The notes beneath the pieces were generated by a model, which worked only from the letters and a program-made list of their open reading frames with translations, was not told where the DNA came from and made no database searches. The translations under genes were made by a program, and so were the position numbers. A DNA stretch of 63,657 nucleotides, counting the filler, from Reticulomyxa filosa (Eukaryota; Protista; Foraminifera), in the NCBI GenBank assembly GCA_000512085.1. It is 22 parts of 22 records of this genome, joined end to end, with 100 filler letters (N's around TTAATTAATTAA, not from the genome) between each part and the next. Parts side by side here need not be neighbours in the genome. Positions count along the whole stretch, not along the records: positions 1 to 5,164 come from ASPP01019854.1; positions 5,265 to 8,505 come from ASPP01012740.1; positions 8,606 to 11,375 come from ASPP01004245.1; positions 11,476 to 12,762 come from ASPP01013434.1; 18 more parts are not named here. One strand, 5' to 3'. Within the stretch, counting starts at the first letter, position 1, and each line of letters opens with the position of its first letter. This document shows positions 1 through 12,487 of this stretch, piece after piece.

Positions 1-2299
1 GCATAGATATAGCATGCGCGCTTGGGATGCATTGCATCCCCATTCCGTTTGTATGTCTACGTAATTCGAAGAAGAGGACGTTCAAGACAAAATAGCGCTT
101 GCGATCCTCCAAAGGACAGCAACAACGAGGCATACAACGGCCGTCGCGGCGCGGATTTCCTGTTCATTTCAGTTTAGTTTCAATCTTTATGTGCTATGCT
201 GTTTGGTTTCATTTCACGTTTTTATTTTATTTTATTTTTATTATTGTTATATTTTAAATTTTTATTAATTAATTTTATTTTTATTATTAATAATGACAAA
301 CTTCGGCATTCTTCTATCTTTCAAATACATTGCATGGACAATTCGTAAATAATAAATTGTCTTTTCTCTTTTTTTTTTTAATATGCGATTACGACTACAA
401 AAAATTACGTGTCATCTTTTTCCAGGATTCGGTCATACTAAATATATAGACCAAACATAAGCACACGTTGAGAATTGCATTTGTCCAACTTGCTGTTTTT
501 CATTTAATGTTTCCACATCGCATTTTTGAAAAATTTACTCAAATCAATGAAATAAATCACAAACACAAATGTATATATGTATATATATATACTTATAATA
601 CTTTCGCAACTGGATCTTATAGCATATGTTAAAATACATATCGGGCATTTGCATATAACTTGCATGCACAATGTATTTAATAACCATGTGCACTATATGC
701 ATAACAAAAGGGAAAATGATTTTCTTTGAATGTGAGAATAATAAAAAGAAACAACTACAAAAAAAAAAAAAGTTCAAGTGATTGTGAAAAAAAGGGGGCA
801 GTGCATGTCCAACCATATATGATATGTGTAAACTGCTTAATGTACTGTAATTCTTAGTTCAAAAAAAAAAATAGCAAATACCATTTAAAATATCAATATA
901 TTATAATGGAATGCATATTGTATGATAGTTTCTTCTTTGTTTGATGACATTCCACACATTTCGATATGTCAAGTCTTGATTGTTTGAATACTATGTTGAA
1001 CCTTCTTATCTGTCATTGCCCAATTGTAATTTGAATTCGTCATTTCTCTTGATGTAAAGCGAAGGATCATTTGCACATTTCATGCATTGTAATGTCACAA
1101 CACATGCTACTGCTCTAGAACTGCATATCTTGGAGAAGTTACGAGAGATTGTAGCTTTGCCAGAGACAAAAGAGATCTCACGAAGAGAGAACAGCGTGTT
1201 TCGAAGAAGAATCAGTGACATGATAAAGTTTTCAATCAATTGGAAATCAGTCTATGAAAAGGGATTATGTTGAAGGGAGAAATCAAGAAGATGAAAAAAA
1301 CTCTTGGTGTTATTTTTCTTTTTGTTTTAAAGTTTGAACAAAGCAAAAAAATGCTTAATCTCGTTGATACATACAATTAATTATTGGAAAGAGAACATTG
1401 GGCAAGAAGCCAATCTGGAGCCTCGTTCCTTGTGTTTTCATTACACATATAAATTGAAATGACAATTTTTCATTTTTGATTCAAATTATAAGAATAGAGG
1501 GAATTTAACAAAACACCTTAAGAGAAAATTTTGCACTTTAGCAAAAACAGGACAATATTATTATTAAATAAATTATGTTGCCGACATATTATTTTGTCTT
1601 TTCAAGTCTAGTACATAAACAACAGTTGTAGCACTTTTACTTTTTTAAAGTGAAAAACTGCTGATATATTAAAATAAAAAATGTTGTTTTAAAAAAGTAT
1701 CACTAGATTTTTGATTTTGTTTTATGAATTTTTACATTTGGGGTTTGCAAGAGAGATAGCTTTTTTTAATTACTTTTGTGTAAGTGTTCAAAAGTACATA
1801 ACTTTTATGTACAAAAAAAAGTCAAAAAACATATTCACTTCTGGTGCTAGCGCATTTTATGTAAAGGCGAAACTGAGCATAGAGTCAACCAAGCCCATTA
1901 TTGCATTTGTGATTCTCACTATGTTTTCTTTGGATTAATATCATTAAACAATGCTAAGTATATTGTTTAATTATTGAATTCGTAAAATAATTTTCTAATT
2001 TGTTCCAATAATAGGTCCTCGATTATTGATATACATATCAATGTTTTAGGGGTGTAACAATGTTCGATATGATGTCAATTGTTTTTCAAAGCGATTGTTC
2101 ACAAAACAATCACAATACCTTTATCTTAAAAAAAAATTTAATCAAAGTTATCTAGTAAACAAAGTTTACTTACAAATGTTGCCACATGCCTTTGAAGCAA
2201 CAAAACATAACTAACAAAAAAGGCCAAACAATAAATCAGGCCAAAAAAAATTAGAAAGAAGATAAATTACTCTTCATCTTTTGGTGGTCATAACTTCGC

Positions 2300-2920
2300 A
2301 CTAGTTAAATTGATGATCTTCAAATCTAATTTGTAATACCTTTGCTCGAAAAAGGTATTCTTTGAGAACTGGTTCAACCATAAATTATTTATTTATTGAA
2401 TGGGTCCACAGTCATATAGACACAGTATAATAAATTCAAGCATTTTGAAACTGCAATGCTCTTAATATACGTTAACAATGAGCCATCGCTTTTGCCACAC
2501 GCCAAATCACTTGTTCAGTTTAATTAAAAAATTTATACCATTGTGGTGGTTGACACTTGCATTTCACTTTTGAATTTGGTGGGCCATAAATCGTTACTTT
2601 TATTCTTATCGATGCCCAAGTGCACCGAAACACATTTCAATTCATTCTTCATTTTATCAAATTTTTTGCCACACTTGATATTGTATTCTTGTCCTTTATC
2701 TCTTCTTCCATTTGTTCTTTCTTTTTGGTAGTACTCTTTTCTCTAAATCATCGTTTTCCAACTGGTTCACTGGGAATAGATCAAGTGATAGAGCACTGAT
2801 ATTCAATGAGTCCACTTCTAAAAATCTTGCAAACATAATCAATGGGCTTATTTCTTCAAATTTCAGCACTGGCCCCTTCTTACAAAAAAAGTTTGCAAAA
2901 ACGAAAATTTGGCATTAGAA
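2300..2920 (-). pseudogene. Decayed coding fragment with a PH-domain-like start
   Basis: Manual translation near 2470-2530 gives LIKLNK*FGVWQKRWLIVN, a PH beta1/beta2-like WxKRW pattern, with in-frame stops and frameshifts around it. Boundaries approximate. Confidence 0.3.
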
Positions 2921-3757
2921 GATTGTTGATTCTGAATGAAAAAAGTTTTTCTTTTTGTGCTCTTTTTTGATTTGGATCTCTGATTTGGGATTTTGAAGAA
3001 AAAAAAAGGTATAAATCAGTTAAACCAACAACAAGCCGAAAACAAGCAGCTCACAAAAGGGATTTGGAAGATAAATCAAATGAGTATATGCACATTTTAA
3101 TCTGCCATAATCATATGCAGTTTTGTTATTATTATAATAACAAATAAATTCATAGTCTAAAAGACTCTATCTTAAAAAAAATAAAATGTTGTTTTTCTAT
3201 GCTTGATTGTCCTCTATGATTATATAAATAATAACCAAGATGACAGTCTTGTCAATCGAAAGAGCGATATATTATTCACATTATCTATAAAAAAAATTTG
3301 GGACGCTAGCCCAATCAATAGCAGCATCCCCCATGCCAGGATTGCTGATATTATCTTCTGCTAGTTCCACTCCATACATCCATAATAATTGACATACGCT
3401 ATATGCGTGTTTGGATGTGATAGAGTGAAACATTAATCTCCATTTGGCCATATATGCGGCCACAATAATTTTTGTCATTGCCATTTGGCATGACGACCAG
3501 TTATGTTTGTTATGGCCCAGTAACCAACATAAATCGATGATGATGCAAGCACCATATAAAAGGCAAACGCAAATATATTTAATAATATTTGAGCTATCTT
3601 GCCCGTCCATTCCTTCATTGTTTGGCGAGGAATATATTTGTGCATTACTATATACATTATACACAAACACATACACAAAAATAATTTATATAAGTATTAA
3701 ATATATATATTTATATATACATACTTGGCCTTGATGGCATGATAGGGGGTGTGTATG

Positions 3758-4767
3758 TCAAAATGACATACTTTTTCTATACATATACAAACAAACAAAC
3801 ATTTCATTTTTATTTAATAAAAAAATATAAATATACTTACCTTCTTTTGTTGTTGGGACTTCATCTCTATTCAAATAATATATTATTTTTTTCCAACTCC
3901 TTATACTTTCCATTTTTCTTTTATTTCTTAAATAATCTTTTCTTTCTTTTTTCAATCTTCTTCTTTCAATCTCTTCTTCTATTCTTTTTATTTCTAATTC
4001 TTCTTCATAACAATATGTTTCTTTGCTGTCGTCGCCGTTGTCGTTGTTGTTGCCATTGCCATTGCTTTTGTTGTTATTATTATTAATAAATTCTTTCATT
4101 ACCGCGTCGCCATCGCAGTCATAACTGGATGGCCTGGGTCTTGCGAATATACTTGATATAGTGCCGAATAGCCTGCACGTGTTATCAGTCAGCCGCACCG
4201 ATGGCAGTGTATCGGTGGTAACTGTTGTTATTGTGGCATCTACCATCGATTATAAGTGCGCACCGATCTCTGACGATGCAGGATATAATCTTCTTGCATT
4301 GCGCACTGTTCCTATGCGCTCTGACGATGTAGTTAATGGGGCATGTGATAACAGTTTCCCCAATTGTTGTGTGGGTACGTGCCCTATGTCATGTGCCATT
4401 GGTCTTGTAGCCACTGGCCCTTGTAATGGTGGAGATAGTGATTGTTGTGGCGATGTGTGTGATGGTGATGATTGTGCATCCATCATTAATTCTTCTACTG
4501 GCTCTTCGGCCCGGTCACTATCACTTATTTATGATAGTGACTCAAATATGGAATTCGGCCTTGGCAATCACTTTGTCCTGCAGCCGATTGCTGCTTTCTT
4601 GAATTGAGGCTAAGCATACCCAAGACAAACTCTGTCTCGACTTCACTGTCGCTGTCTGTTTGGAGTCATTATACATAAGAGACAGTTTGTCAAAAAAACA
4701 GATTGTGTATTTGTCTTGCTTTTTTACAGAGAAAACTTGCAGAAATCATACAGTTTTTGTTTGACAT
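3758..4767 (-). pseudogene. Low-complexity hypothetical gene-family member, interrupted by stops
   Basis: ORFs 4250..4486 and 3758..4246 are in the same frame, separated by one TAA (4250-4252). The candidate start MSNKNCMISASFLC at 4767 is shared with a paralogue at about 47789. Confidence 0.4.
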
Positions 4768-5164
4768 ATTTGTTTTTTTTCTTTTTTTTTCCAAAATTAG
4801 TTATTGGTTGTTGTTGTTGCTGTTGTGACTGCTGTTCACAGTACTTTTTTTTTAAGAAGAAGTACCTTTATCTCTTCCTGTTTGTTTGTTGCTTGTGAGT
4901 GTCTGCAGTGTAGACTGTTTGTCTTACAGTCTCTTTCTTTGTTGTCTCTGCTGAAAAACTTTTGTTCCTTCTCGTAAGAGGTTTTTTTGGTGTTGGTTGC
5001 ATGGACAGTTCTGCAATAGTGCGAAAAAAAGTGATGAAATAATGATGACGATGTTTGTTAAGAAGTTTTTGATTGCAACAACAAAAAAAAAAATTGGTTG
5101 TTCATGTAAAATTTTTTGTGGAAAAAAAAAAGCGGATAATAATTTTTTGTTCAAAAAAAAAAAA

Positions 5165-5264
5165 NNNNNNNNNNNNNNNNNNNNNNNNNNNNNNNNNNNN
5201 NNNNNNNNTTAATTAATTAANNNNNNNNNNNNNNNNNNNNNNNNNNNNNNNNNNNNNNNNNNNN
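5165..5264. other. Artificial contig linker (44 N + TTAATTAATTAA + 44 N), first of 21
   Basis: Identical 100-nt spacer with stops in all six frames. Copies start at 5165, 8506, 11376, 12763, 16256, 18360, 19727, 23851, 25248, 28061, 29254, 31914, 34736, 36262, 46245, 47384, 49110, 50215, 53117, 59249 and 62228. Confidence 0.98.
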
Positions 5265-5340
5265 TATATATATATATGTATGCATATATGTATATATTTG
5301 TACATGTATATGTACATGTACCACACGAACATAAACAAAC

Positions 5341-5942
5341 CATATCCAATTTATCTAAATCTCTCACGATTTGTGCTTCCTTTGTGTCTTGTTGTTCAAA
5401 TTCCATCCATAAATCATAGATTTCATTTGCCATTTCCGAGTGATGCAAAAATTCACTTTGGATTTTTTTTAGTGCACTCAACTCAATCTCTTGCTTTTCT
5501 TTTTTTGTTACGCCACTCACTGCCTCGATTGGCACTATGTCTCCGGCTATACTTTCAATTAGGTCATGCACCAATGCCATTTTCATCATTTTCACCGTGT
5601 TCACTTCTTTATTTTCACGCTTTTTACAATCCCCAATTAACCACGCTAACATCCCCATTCGATACATGTGATCCCCTATGCTCTCCGGACTTTCGACATT
5701 GTGACGTACCCAACCTGTCCGACGTGTTCTCTTTTTTTTTTTTTTTTTTTCGTCCGTTAATTTGTTGCTACCATTTTTTTGTGGGAAAAAAAAAACAACA
5801 AAAGTTCAACTTTTAGGTTTCCCAATAACAGTGCAAAGTTCAACACCTCACACGAATAAGATTGATCATCTTTCTCATTCGAAGAAGACTTTTCTTCACT
5901 CAAACGTCTTTTTTTTGTCGGAGGAGGACTTGGGTCACTCAT
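5341..5942 (-). CDS. HDDC2: HD-domain 5'-deoxynucleotidase (HDDC2/YGK1 family), 3'-truncated
   Basis: Exon 5811-5942 spliced (GT..AG 5731-5810) to exon 5341-5730 gives LKRTRRTGWVRHNVESPESIGDHMYRM..MALVHDLIESIAGDIVP..LWMEFEQQDTKEAQIVRDLDKLDM, the family motifs. Confidence 0.9.
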
Positions 5943-6318
5943 GATTTTTTCACTGAAACAACGTTCAAAAATTGCGACTCCTTTGCTCACAATTTAACTT
6001 TTCCAAAGACGGCCAAAGAACTGTCTCTGCCGTCAAACAACCTAGCAAAACTAAACAAACCGAACTGACCTTAGTTACGAAATATTTGTTTTTTGACTTT
6101 TTATTTATGTGTACCTTTTACTTAATGGCCTGAAAGACCTATTATATGTGCTTTATTTGGTAATTGAATTTAAAAAAATCAAAGGCAGGATCTTTTTAAA
6201 CCTGACTAGTTGTTTGATTAAAGTTCAAAAACTTTTCAACAAGCTTTTCTTAAACCAACTGTTAAAAAACTGAACAAAAGTTTGTTGTGTCAATAAAAAA
6301 AACTGACAAAAAAAAATA

Positions 6319-6791
6319 ATGTATAAGGTAACTCATTTACATCTTAGAAACATTTCGGCAAATTCCAGTCTGGGGAGGACCGTGCACAGGTTATCCCCTC
6401 GATTTTCTTGGAATAATGTCTGGAACTTGACAAAGCCTCGTAGTAGTCAGCTGGGCCGGTCGGGATTGGAAGAAGAAATTAGTCTACAAAGCAATTTACA
6501 AAATGTGGAATCCAGCACAGCAAATAAAGTATGGCAAAAATATAGCAATATGTGGAGTTATATGTTTTCAACAACGCCAAAGCTCAAGCCGTCAGGGTTT
6601 GGTAATTTTGAAAAAAAATCAAGTAAAAACGAGGGTCAGAAACCTCCAGAAAAAGCGGACCCCCCACCACCAAAAAGTTCAAGTAGTGGCGAAAGTGGGT
6701 CTCCCCCAAAAGAAAGCAAAGGATCAAGTAGTTACATAAATTGTTTAAATGTATTTATTTAAGTAATATAAATAGAAAAAAAAATTTATAT

Positions 6792-6824
<33 letters not shown>

Positions 6825-8361
6825 GTATATACATATATATAATATAAAGATGAAAAGCCAAAGAAATCGACAGAAAGCGAATCATCAACAAAGAAAGAAA
6901 AGCCAGGGACAGCAAAGGATCAGAAAGAGAGCGAATGGGGCGACGGGGGCGATTTGTTTCCGGGACTGGTGATAGGATTGTTGTTGTTATGGTTTGTGTT
7001 TGGTCCAGAGTACAAAGTGAAGAAGAACCGGAATGAGATATCGTTTCAGCAATTTAAGGTGCACATGTTGGAGGCGGGTATCGTGGACCACGTGGACGTG
7101 GTGAATAAAGGGATAGCACGAGTGTATTTGAAGCAGACATTGGGCGGCGACGAGCAACGTGTGGACGAGTCGTACGATGGCAACAAAAAGAAGCACGACA
7201 GCGTGTACGGACAGTACTCTCCGAACAAAGTGTATGAGTTCCACATTGGCACTGTGGCGTCGTTTGAGAACAAAATGATAATAGCGCAAGAGGACATGGA
7301 CTTGGCACCTAACGAGTGGGTGCCTGTTCATTACATTGACGAGTTTAACTTGAAACACAGCATTATCGACTTTGTTAACGGCAGTCCCCTTTTGACTTTG
7401 ATTTTATTATTTTTCATGTACCGAACTCTCCGGAAAATTCAGGCCCCTTCTTCTTCTTCTTCTTCTTCTTCTTCGGGTAGTAGTTTTGGTGCATCCTCTC
7501 GATTTGGCAATCCCGGTGGACTGTTTGACATTACTCGTCCCAATGCAAAAGTGATTAACAAGGGCGAGAAAGTGAAAACCAAGTTCAGCGACGTCGCAGG
7601 TCTGCAGCAAGCAAAGGAAGAGGTGATGGAGTTTGTATCGTTTTTGAAAAACCCGGAGCAATACACGAAGTTGGGTGCAAGGATTCCGAAAGGAGCTTTG
7701 TTGGTGGGCCCCCCTGGGACGGGCAAAACCTTGCTCGCACGTGCCGTGGCAGGAGAAGCGGACTGCGTGTTCTTCAGTATCAGCGGCAGTGATTTTGTGG
7801 AAATGTTTGTCGGCGTCGGTCCCTCGCGCGTGCGCAACTTGTTTGAAGAGGCTCGAAAAAACGCACCGTGTATCATATTCATCGACGAAATCGATGCGGT
7901 CGGACGCAAGCGTGCCAAAGGGGGCTTTGCAGGGGGCAACGACGAACGCGAAAACACATTGAACCAATTGCTTGTAGAAATGGATGGGTTCAAAAGTGAC
8001 AGCGGCATTGTTGTGCTGGCCGGTACCAATCGTGCAGACATTTTGGATAGCGCTTTAATTCGTCCCGGAAGATTCGATCGCCAAATCCAAGTCGAAAAGC
8101 CCGACATCAAAGGACGTATCGAAATCTTCAAAGTCCATTGCAAAAAGATCAAGTTGGAACAGCCTATCGAAGACGTCGCACAAAGGATGGCCACGTTGAC
8201 CCCTGGCTTCACCGGCGCCGATATTGCCAACGTCGTCAATGAAGCCGCCTTACGCGCCGCTCGAAAAAATAAAGACTGTGTCGGATTGATCGATTTTTAT
8301 GAAGCTAATGATCGCATCCTCGGAGGCTTGGAAAAACGATAGTTATGAGTCCAAAAGAAAG
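6319..8361 (+). CDS. AFG3: Mitochondrial m-AAA protease subunit (AFG3/FtsH family), 3'-truncated before the M41 protease site
   Basis: Basic presequence-like N-terminus, two TM segments flanking an ISFQQF..EKM intermembrane domain, Walker A GPPGTGKT, Walker [30 protein letters not shown] and [14 protein letters not shown]. Intron about 6731-6849. An A-run frameshift at about 8332-8336 restores [11 protein letters not shown]. Confidence 0.92.
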
Positions 8362-9946
8362 GTTTGTCCTTTAATGACCGACCCTTTTTTTTTTTTTTTT
8401 TTTAAAAAGTATATTATTTATATATTTCATTGTCGTCATGTACACACACACACACACATATATATATATGTATGTACACATATATATATATTATTTTTTT
8501 TTTTTNNNNNNNNNNNNNNNNNNNNNNNNNNNNNNNNNNNNNNNNNNNNTTAATTAATTAANNNNNNNNNNNNNNNNNNNNNNNNNNNNNNNNNNNNNNN
8601 NNNNNTTCATTTTAATCCATTCATCACCATATTAACTTTTGTCAAAAGTTATTTCGAAGGCGAAAAACGCTTGAACCTGCAAGATCCTTCTTAATCTAAG
8701 TGATTTTGAAAGAAATTTTGAAATAGATATTAAAGATTTAGTGGTCAAGAAATTTCGCGAGATCGACAAATTCAAGCAAAAGCCTTTTATTACTTGAAAA
8801 TTTTTTTTTATAGTGAATAAAGTTTTTTATAGTTGGATTTTGTAGTATCGTTGATGGAGTGATTTCATCCGTTTTGTTACTTTTTTTGGCAACATTTTTT
8901 GTTGCAATTCATTTTTGGTGTCGTCGTCGGTTCAGCGACTTTGAGAGGTTTTTTCGTTTGGCAGAACTCAGAGGGTCGGGTAATGTCCACTGAACATCGG
9001 CAAAACCGAAACTCACTAGCTGATAACAAGGTTTGTGAAGGCGATCCGGACGGCCAAGACAAGGTGTTTTTACACTAATAGGCTCTACTGCAAGCCATGT
9101 TGGTACAAAATACCTCACTTGGAATTGGATCAAGCATCAAATCTAATGGTAAGGCAGACATGTAAACTACACTTCCGGACATGTGCACGGTGGAATTGGA
9201 AATGGATATGGATCCAAAATGACGTCGAATAATGATATAACGTCGACACAAATGGCACAAGAAAGCCTTGCGAGGAAAGCAAAGCATCAACCTTCGACGT
9301 TTCAAGTTGTATTGGAAATGTGTGGAGAAAAATATGCAAATTCGACGACAATTCTTGTGACAAATATGCCAACGATCGTCGTCACTCCAATCAAGTCCAA
9401 AGAACTTAAATCAGCAACATCGGTGATTAAGTTCATTGAATTGAAAATAAAAATGCGTTGTCCAAAAAAATATTTGCGCATATATTTTCCGGACATTATT
9501 TGTTCATTTTGCAGTTGATGTTGATGAGCAGCAACTAATTCAACCAGCTCATAACTTCAATAATGTTTTTTTTTAGCAGAAAGAATGTTGTAATATTAAA
9601 ATTCAAAAAAAACGGAAGTAAAAAACATCGTAACCAACACTAATTCAAACAAACAAATGAAACAAAATATCAATTTACTTTAGTAAAAAAATAAATTTTC
9701 CTTCGGTATTTGCAAGTCCTAATTAATTCATGAAAGCTATGTTTTCCTCATTTGGTGTTTTTCCGACACCAACCACATGTTTTTGCTGTTTGAGGCCTGC
9801 GGCTCCTCGCATGTTGCTGGCGCGAGTGCTTCCCGCGCATCTTAATGAGATGCCGGGTCGCGATGAGGATATGTATTTTGGCTTTAGCAGCCAATGATGA
9901 ATGGTGATATATATTTTTTTATTTCAATGATGCCAAGAATAGACAA

Positions 9947-11375
9947 ATGGAAAATCAAGATAGTAAGAAAAGAATTGTAAGGCAGCCAAGATGTGACATT
10001 TATCGAAAGACATTCGCTGCTAAGCAAAAGAAAAAGCGTGAAGAAGCAGTGATTAATTATCAATTCACGAAAGCGATGGTGAAATCAAGCAACATTGGAA
10101 GATTATGGATATCAAATACAAAACGATTGCCAATTGTTAAGATGCTATCCAAGACTAAAGATGTTGTCAAGATATTGAAAGACAATGATATTTAGATTGA
10201 ATATTCAATGATGAAAGTGGAGCCATTCGATAAAAGCAAATCAAGACCAAAATTGCATTTCAAGCAATGCAGGAAATGCTACAGATTAAATTATATTGCT
10301 GGTGAATGCCCAAAGAAGCGCACATAAATGTGTATTATGCAAAAGCAGCATCCAAGCGATTCATTGCAATGTGATGTGGTTCGCAAAGCAAGAAAAAAGC
10401 TTGACAAGGAAGGAAGACGCATTCTTGAATTTTTTTTTAGATGGGTTGCAGTGGGGTATCAAGTGTTGGATTACTCTCTCGCTTCATCCTCAGCTTGCAC
10501 TGCTTTTCGCCATCTCTACCTGTAGGAAGATTGAGGTAGCACCAAGTGTAATAAGAAATGAAAGGTGTTTTCAAAAAGCAAATAAAAGTAGTTAATAATT
10601 CAAGATAAACAACGCAATGACAAGAAATAAGAAAACAGAAAAGTGAGAGAAGAAAGACAGTGGAGGTTGTTGAAGAAAAAAGGGTTCCCTCGTTCATATT
10701 AAGCTTCTACTGTAATTAGTAGGGCATTGCACTACATACCTCTTTCTAGTTAAAAGAGCACAGTAATCAAAAAAAGAAACATAAAAATAAAAGAAAGACA
10801 CAAAATTAAAAGGTCCATGCAAAATAATCAAAAGAAAAACAATAAAGTTATTTCAATTAAAATTGAGATCTACTTGAGAAAACTTGACAATTATTCAAAT
10901 CCTATACCGCAAACATTCCGTCAGGAAGTGCTCCACAGTCTCTTCTTCATCACACCAGATACAATCAGGAGACTGATCTTTGGATATTATGCAAATAATC
11001 ATTTAATCCAATGTTGACAGTAATCAACCGACAATGAATGTAATACAATCTTTTCAAATAATTGACCTCCATCAGGTTGGTATATTCTTCCATTGATTGG
11101 TAATTGGAAAAGCATCAACATATGGTAAACAGCATTAATTCGCTGTATGAAGGGAATACAAGAAATTTATTCACACAATTCAAGGCATTAAACACCAATA
11201 TGAAAAGCATTATGATATTGTCGAAGATTACATTAAATGTAAAATTGCAATATCAAAACCATTGGAATTGGATGATAATTTCATTGGTCTAAGTGATATC
11301 CATCAGAGTGATATTACAAAAGAAGAAGTTATTAAGCGATGAGACATTTGTCACCGTACAAAGCGCAAGGTCCAG
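9947..11375 (+). mobile_element. Degenerate non-LTR retrotransposon (gag-like ORF1 zinc knuckles plus start of RT), cut by contig end
   Basis: Reading through the stop at 10193-10195 gives KQCRKCYRLNYIAGECP, then a frameshifted KCVLCK..HPSDSLQC (ORF1 CCHC-like knuckles). 11295-11375 gives DIHQSDITKEEVIK/AMRHLSPYKAQGP, the motif typical just before the non-LTR RT core. Many stops and indels. Confidence 0.75.
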
Positions 11376-11475
11376 NNNNNNNNNNNNNNNNNNNNNNNNN
11401 NNNNNNNNNNNNNNNNNNNTTAATTAATTAANNNNNNNNNNNNNNNNNNNNNNNNNNNNNNNNNNNNNNNNNNNN

Positions 11476-12354
11476 TTCGGCACGATGTTGATGGAGCCAC
11501 CGACACTGCTGTTGGGCGCCATACCGAACAGCATCGCGGTGGGGCCGGCGATGACGTCGATGCGCTCGACATAGTCCGTGAACACCCGATAGTTCGGCGC
11601 GACACCGTAGACGCCATCGAAGGCGATCTCGCCGAAATTACCCTCGGCGATGGGAAAAGCCACGAATATAGTACGCATCGAGCATGCCGTTCATCGGGCT
11701 GGTGACGCGCACCGTAGGATCGGTGTTCACCACGTCCGCCACCGTCGCCGCCTGCTGATTCTCGATCTTCTGCGACGTGTACGTCGTCATGTCGAAGGGC
11801 GTATCCATGAAGTCGCGGTTGCCCAGCAGACCGACCTGGCCGCCGCGTGCGACCGAACCACCGGCATAGGCGGGGGGCAGATTGTCGATCATCGCCTGCG
11901 ACGGCACGTCCTGGCCCTGCACCTTCACCGGATCGAGCCGCATGACCCCGGCCGGCGTGTTCGCCAACTTTTGAACCTGGACGGTGTTGGCGCCTGTGAA
12001 CTGAAACGTGAGGCCGGTCCCGGCAAGCATTCGACCCAGGGCTTCCGACGGCGTGTGGGATCCGCTGACAGCGTTACTCATGACCGACGCCGCGACATTG
12101 CCGTCCGCCGCAACCTGAAGTCCGGACTGATATCCGAACTGAACCAGCGCATCCGTCAGTGGCTGGGCTGGAATATCGAACTGACGGGTGTCTTGGGTGC
12201 CGGCGGGTTGAGCCCAGGCCATTCCCGAGAAAGTGCCCCCCTCCAGCGCCACCGACGCCAAGAGTACCGCAAACACGCCCGCACAGCAGCGCGTGCTCCG
12301 CGCCTTCGTCCTCACCCCAAGATCCACCGAACTCTCCCCACGGCAAAAACTCAC
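11476..12354 (-). CDS. Bacterial TonB-dependent siderophore receptor with N-terminal signalling (STN) domain, 3'-truncated
   Basis: GC-rich contig. Signal peptide, STN FDIPAQPLTDALVQFGYQSG, plug MDTPFDMTTYTSQKIENQ..YYIRGF, then (after a frameshift at A4 11655-11658) PIAEGN..VERIDVIAGPTAMLFG..GGSINIVP. Exact start codon uncertain. Confidence 0.9.
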
Positions 12355-12405
12355 TCAGGGGCAATGACGTGAATGCGTCTAATTCGTATCTACCCCTAAG
12401 GGTTT

Positions 12406-12430
12406 GACGATATGGGGGTGGTCATTTTCC
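12406..12430 (-). promoter_or_regulatory. Candidate ECF-sigma (FecI-like) promoter for the TonB receptor
   Basis: Minus strand reads GGAAA-N16-CGTC about 50 nt upstream of the receptor ORF and downstream of the fecR-like gene. This fits the ECF -35/-10 pattern. Confidence 0.45.
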
Positions 12431-12487
12431 CTCGAAAGCTGCCGATCTCCGACATTTTCATCGCGGACCACCTCGGAGAACGTCCCG

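Noticed and set aside
24-40. Palindrome GGGATGCA-T-TGCATCCC
   Set aside because: A single short inverted repeat in a probable exon at the window edge, with no supporting context.
4250-4252. Stop-codon reassignment (in-frame TAA/TAG here, at 10193 and at 48977)
   Set aside because: Conserved genes show no internal stops and end in TAA/TAG/TGA. The interrupted regions also carry indels, so they are pseudogenes.
9790-9870. A complete HDV-like or hammerhead ribozyme
   Set aside because: L3-like heptamers are present, but I could not assign compatible P1, P1.1 and P2 strands, and there is no CUGAUGA..GAAA core. Kept only as a structured-island finding.
12370-12392. Fur box upstream of the TonB receptor
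   Set aside because: Only about half the positions match GATAATGATAATCATTATC.
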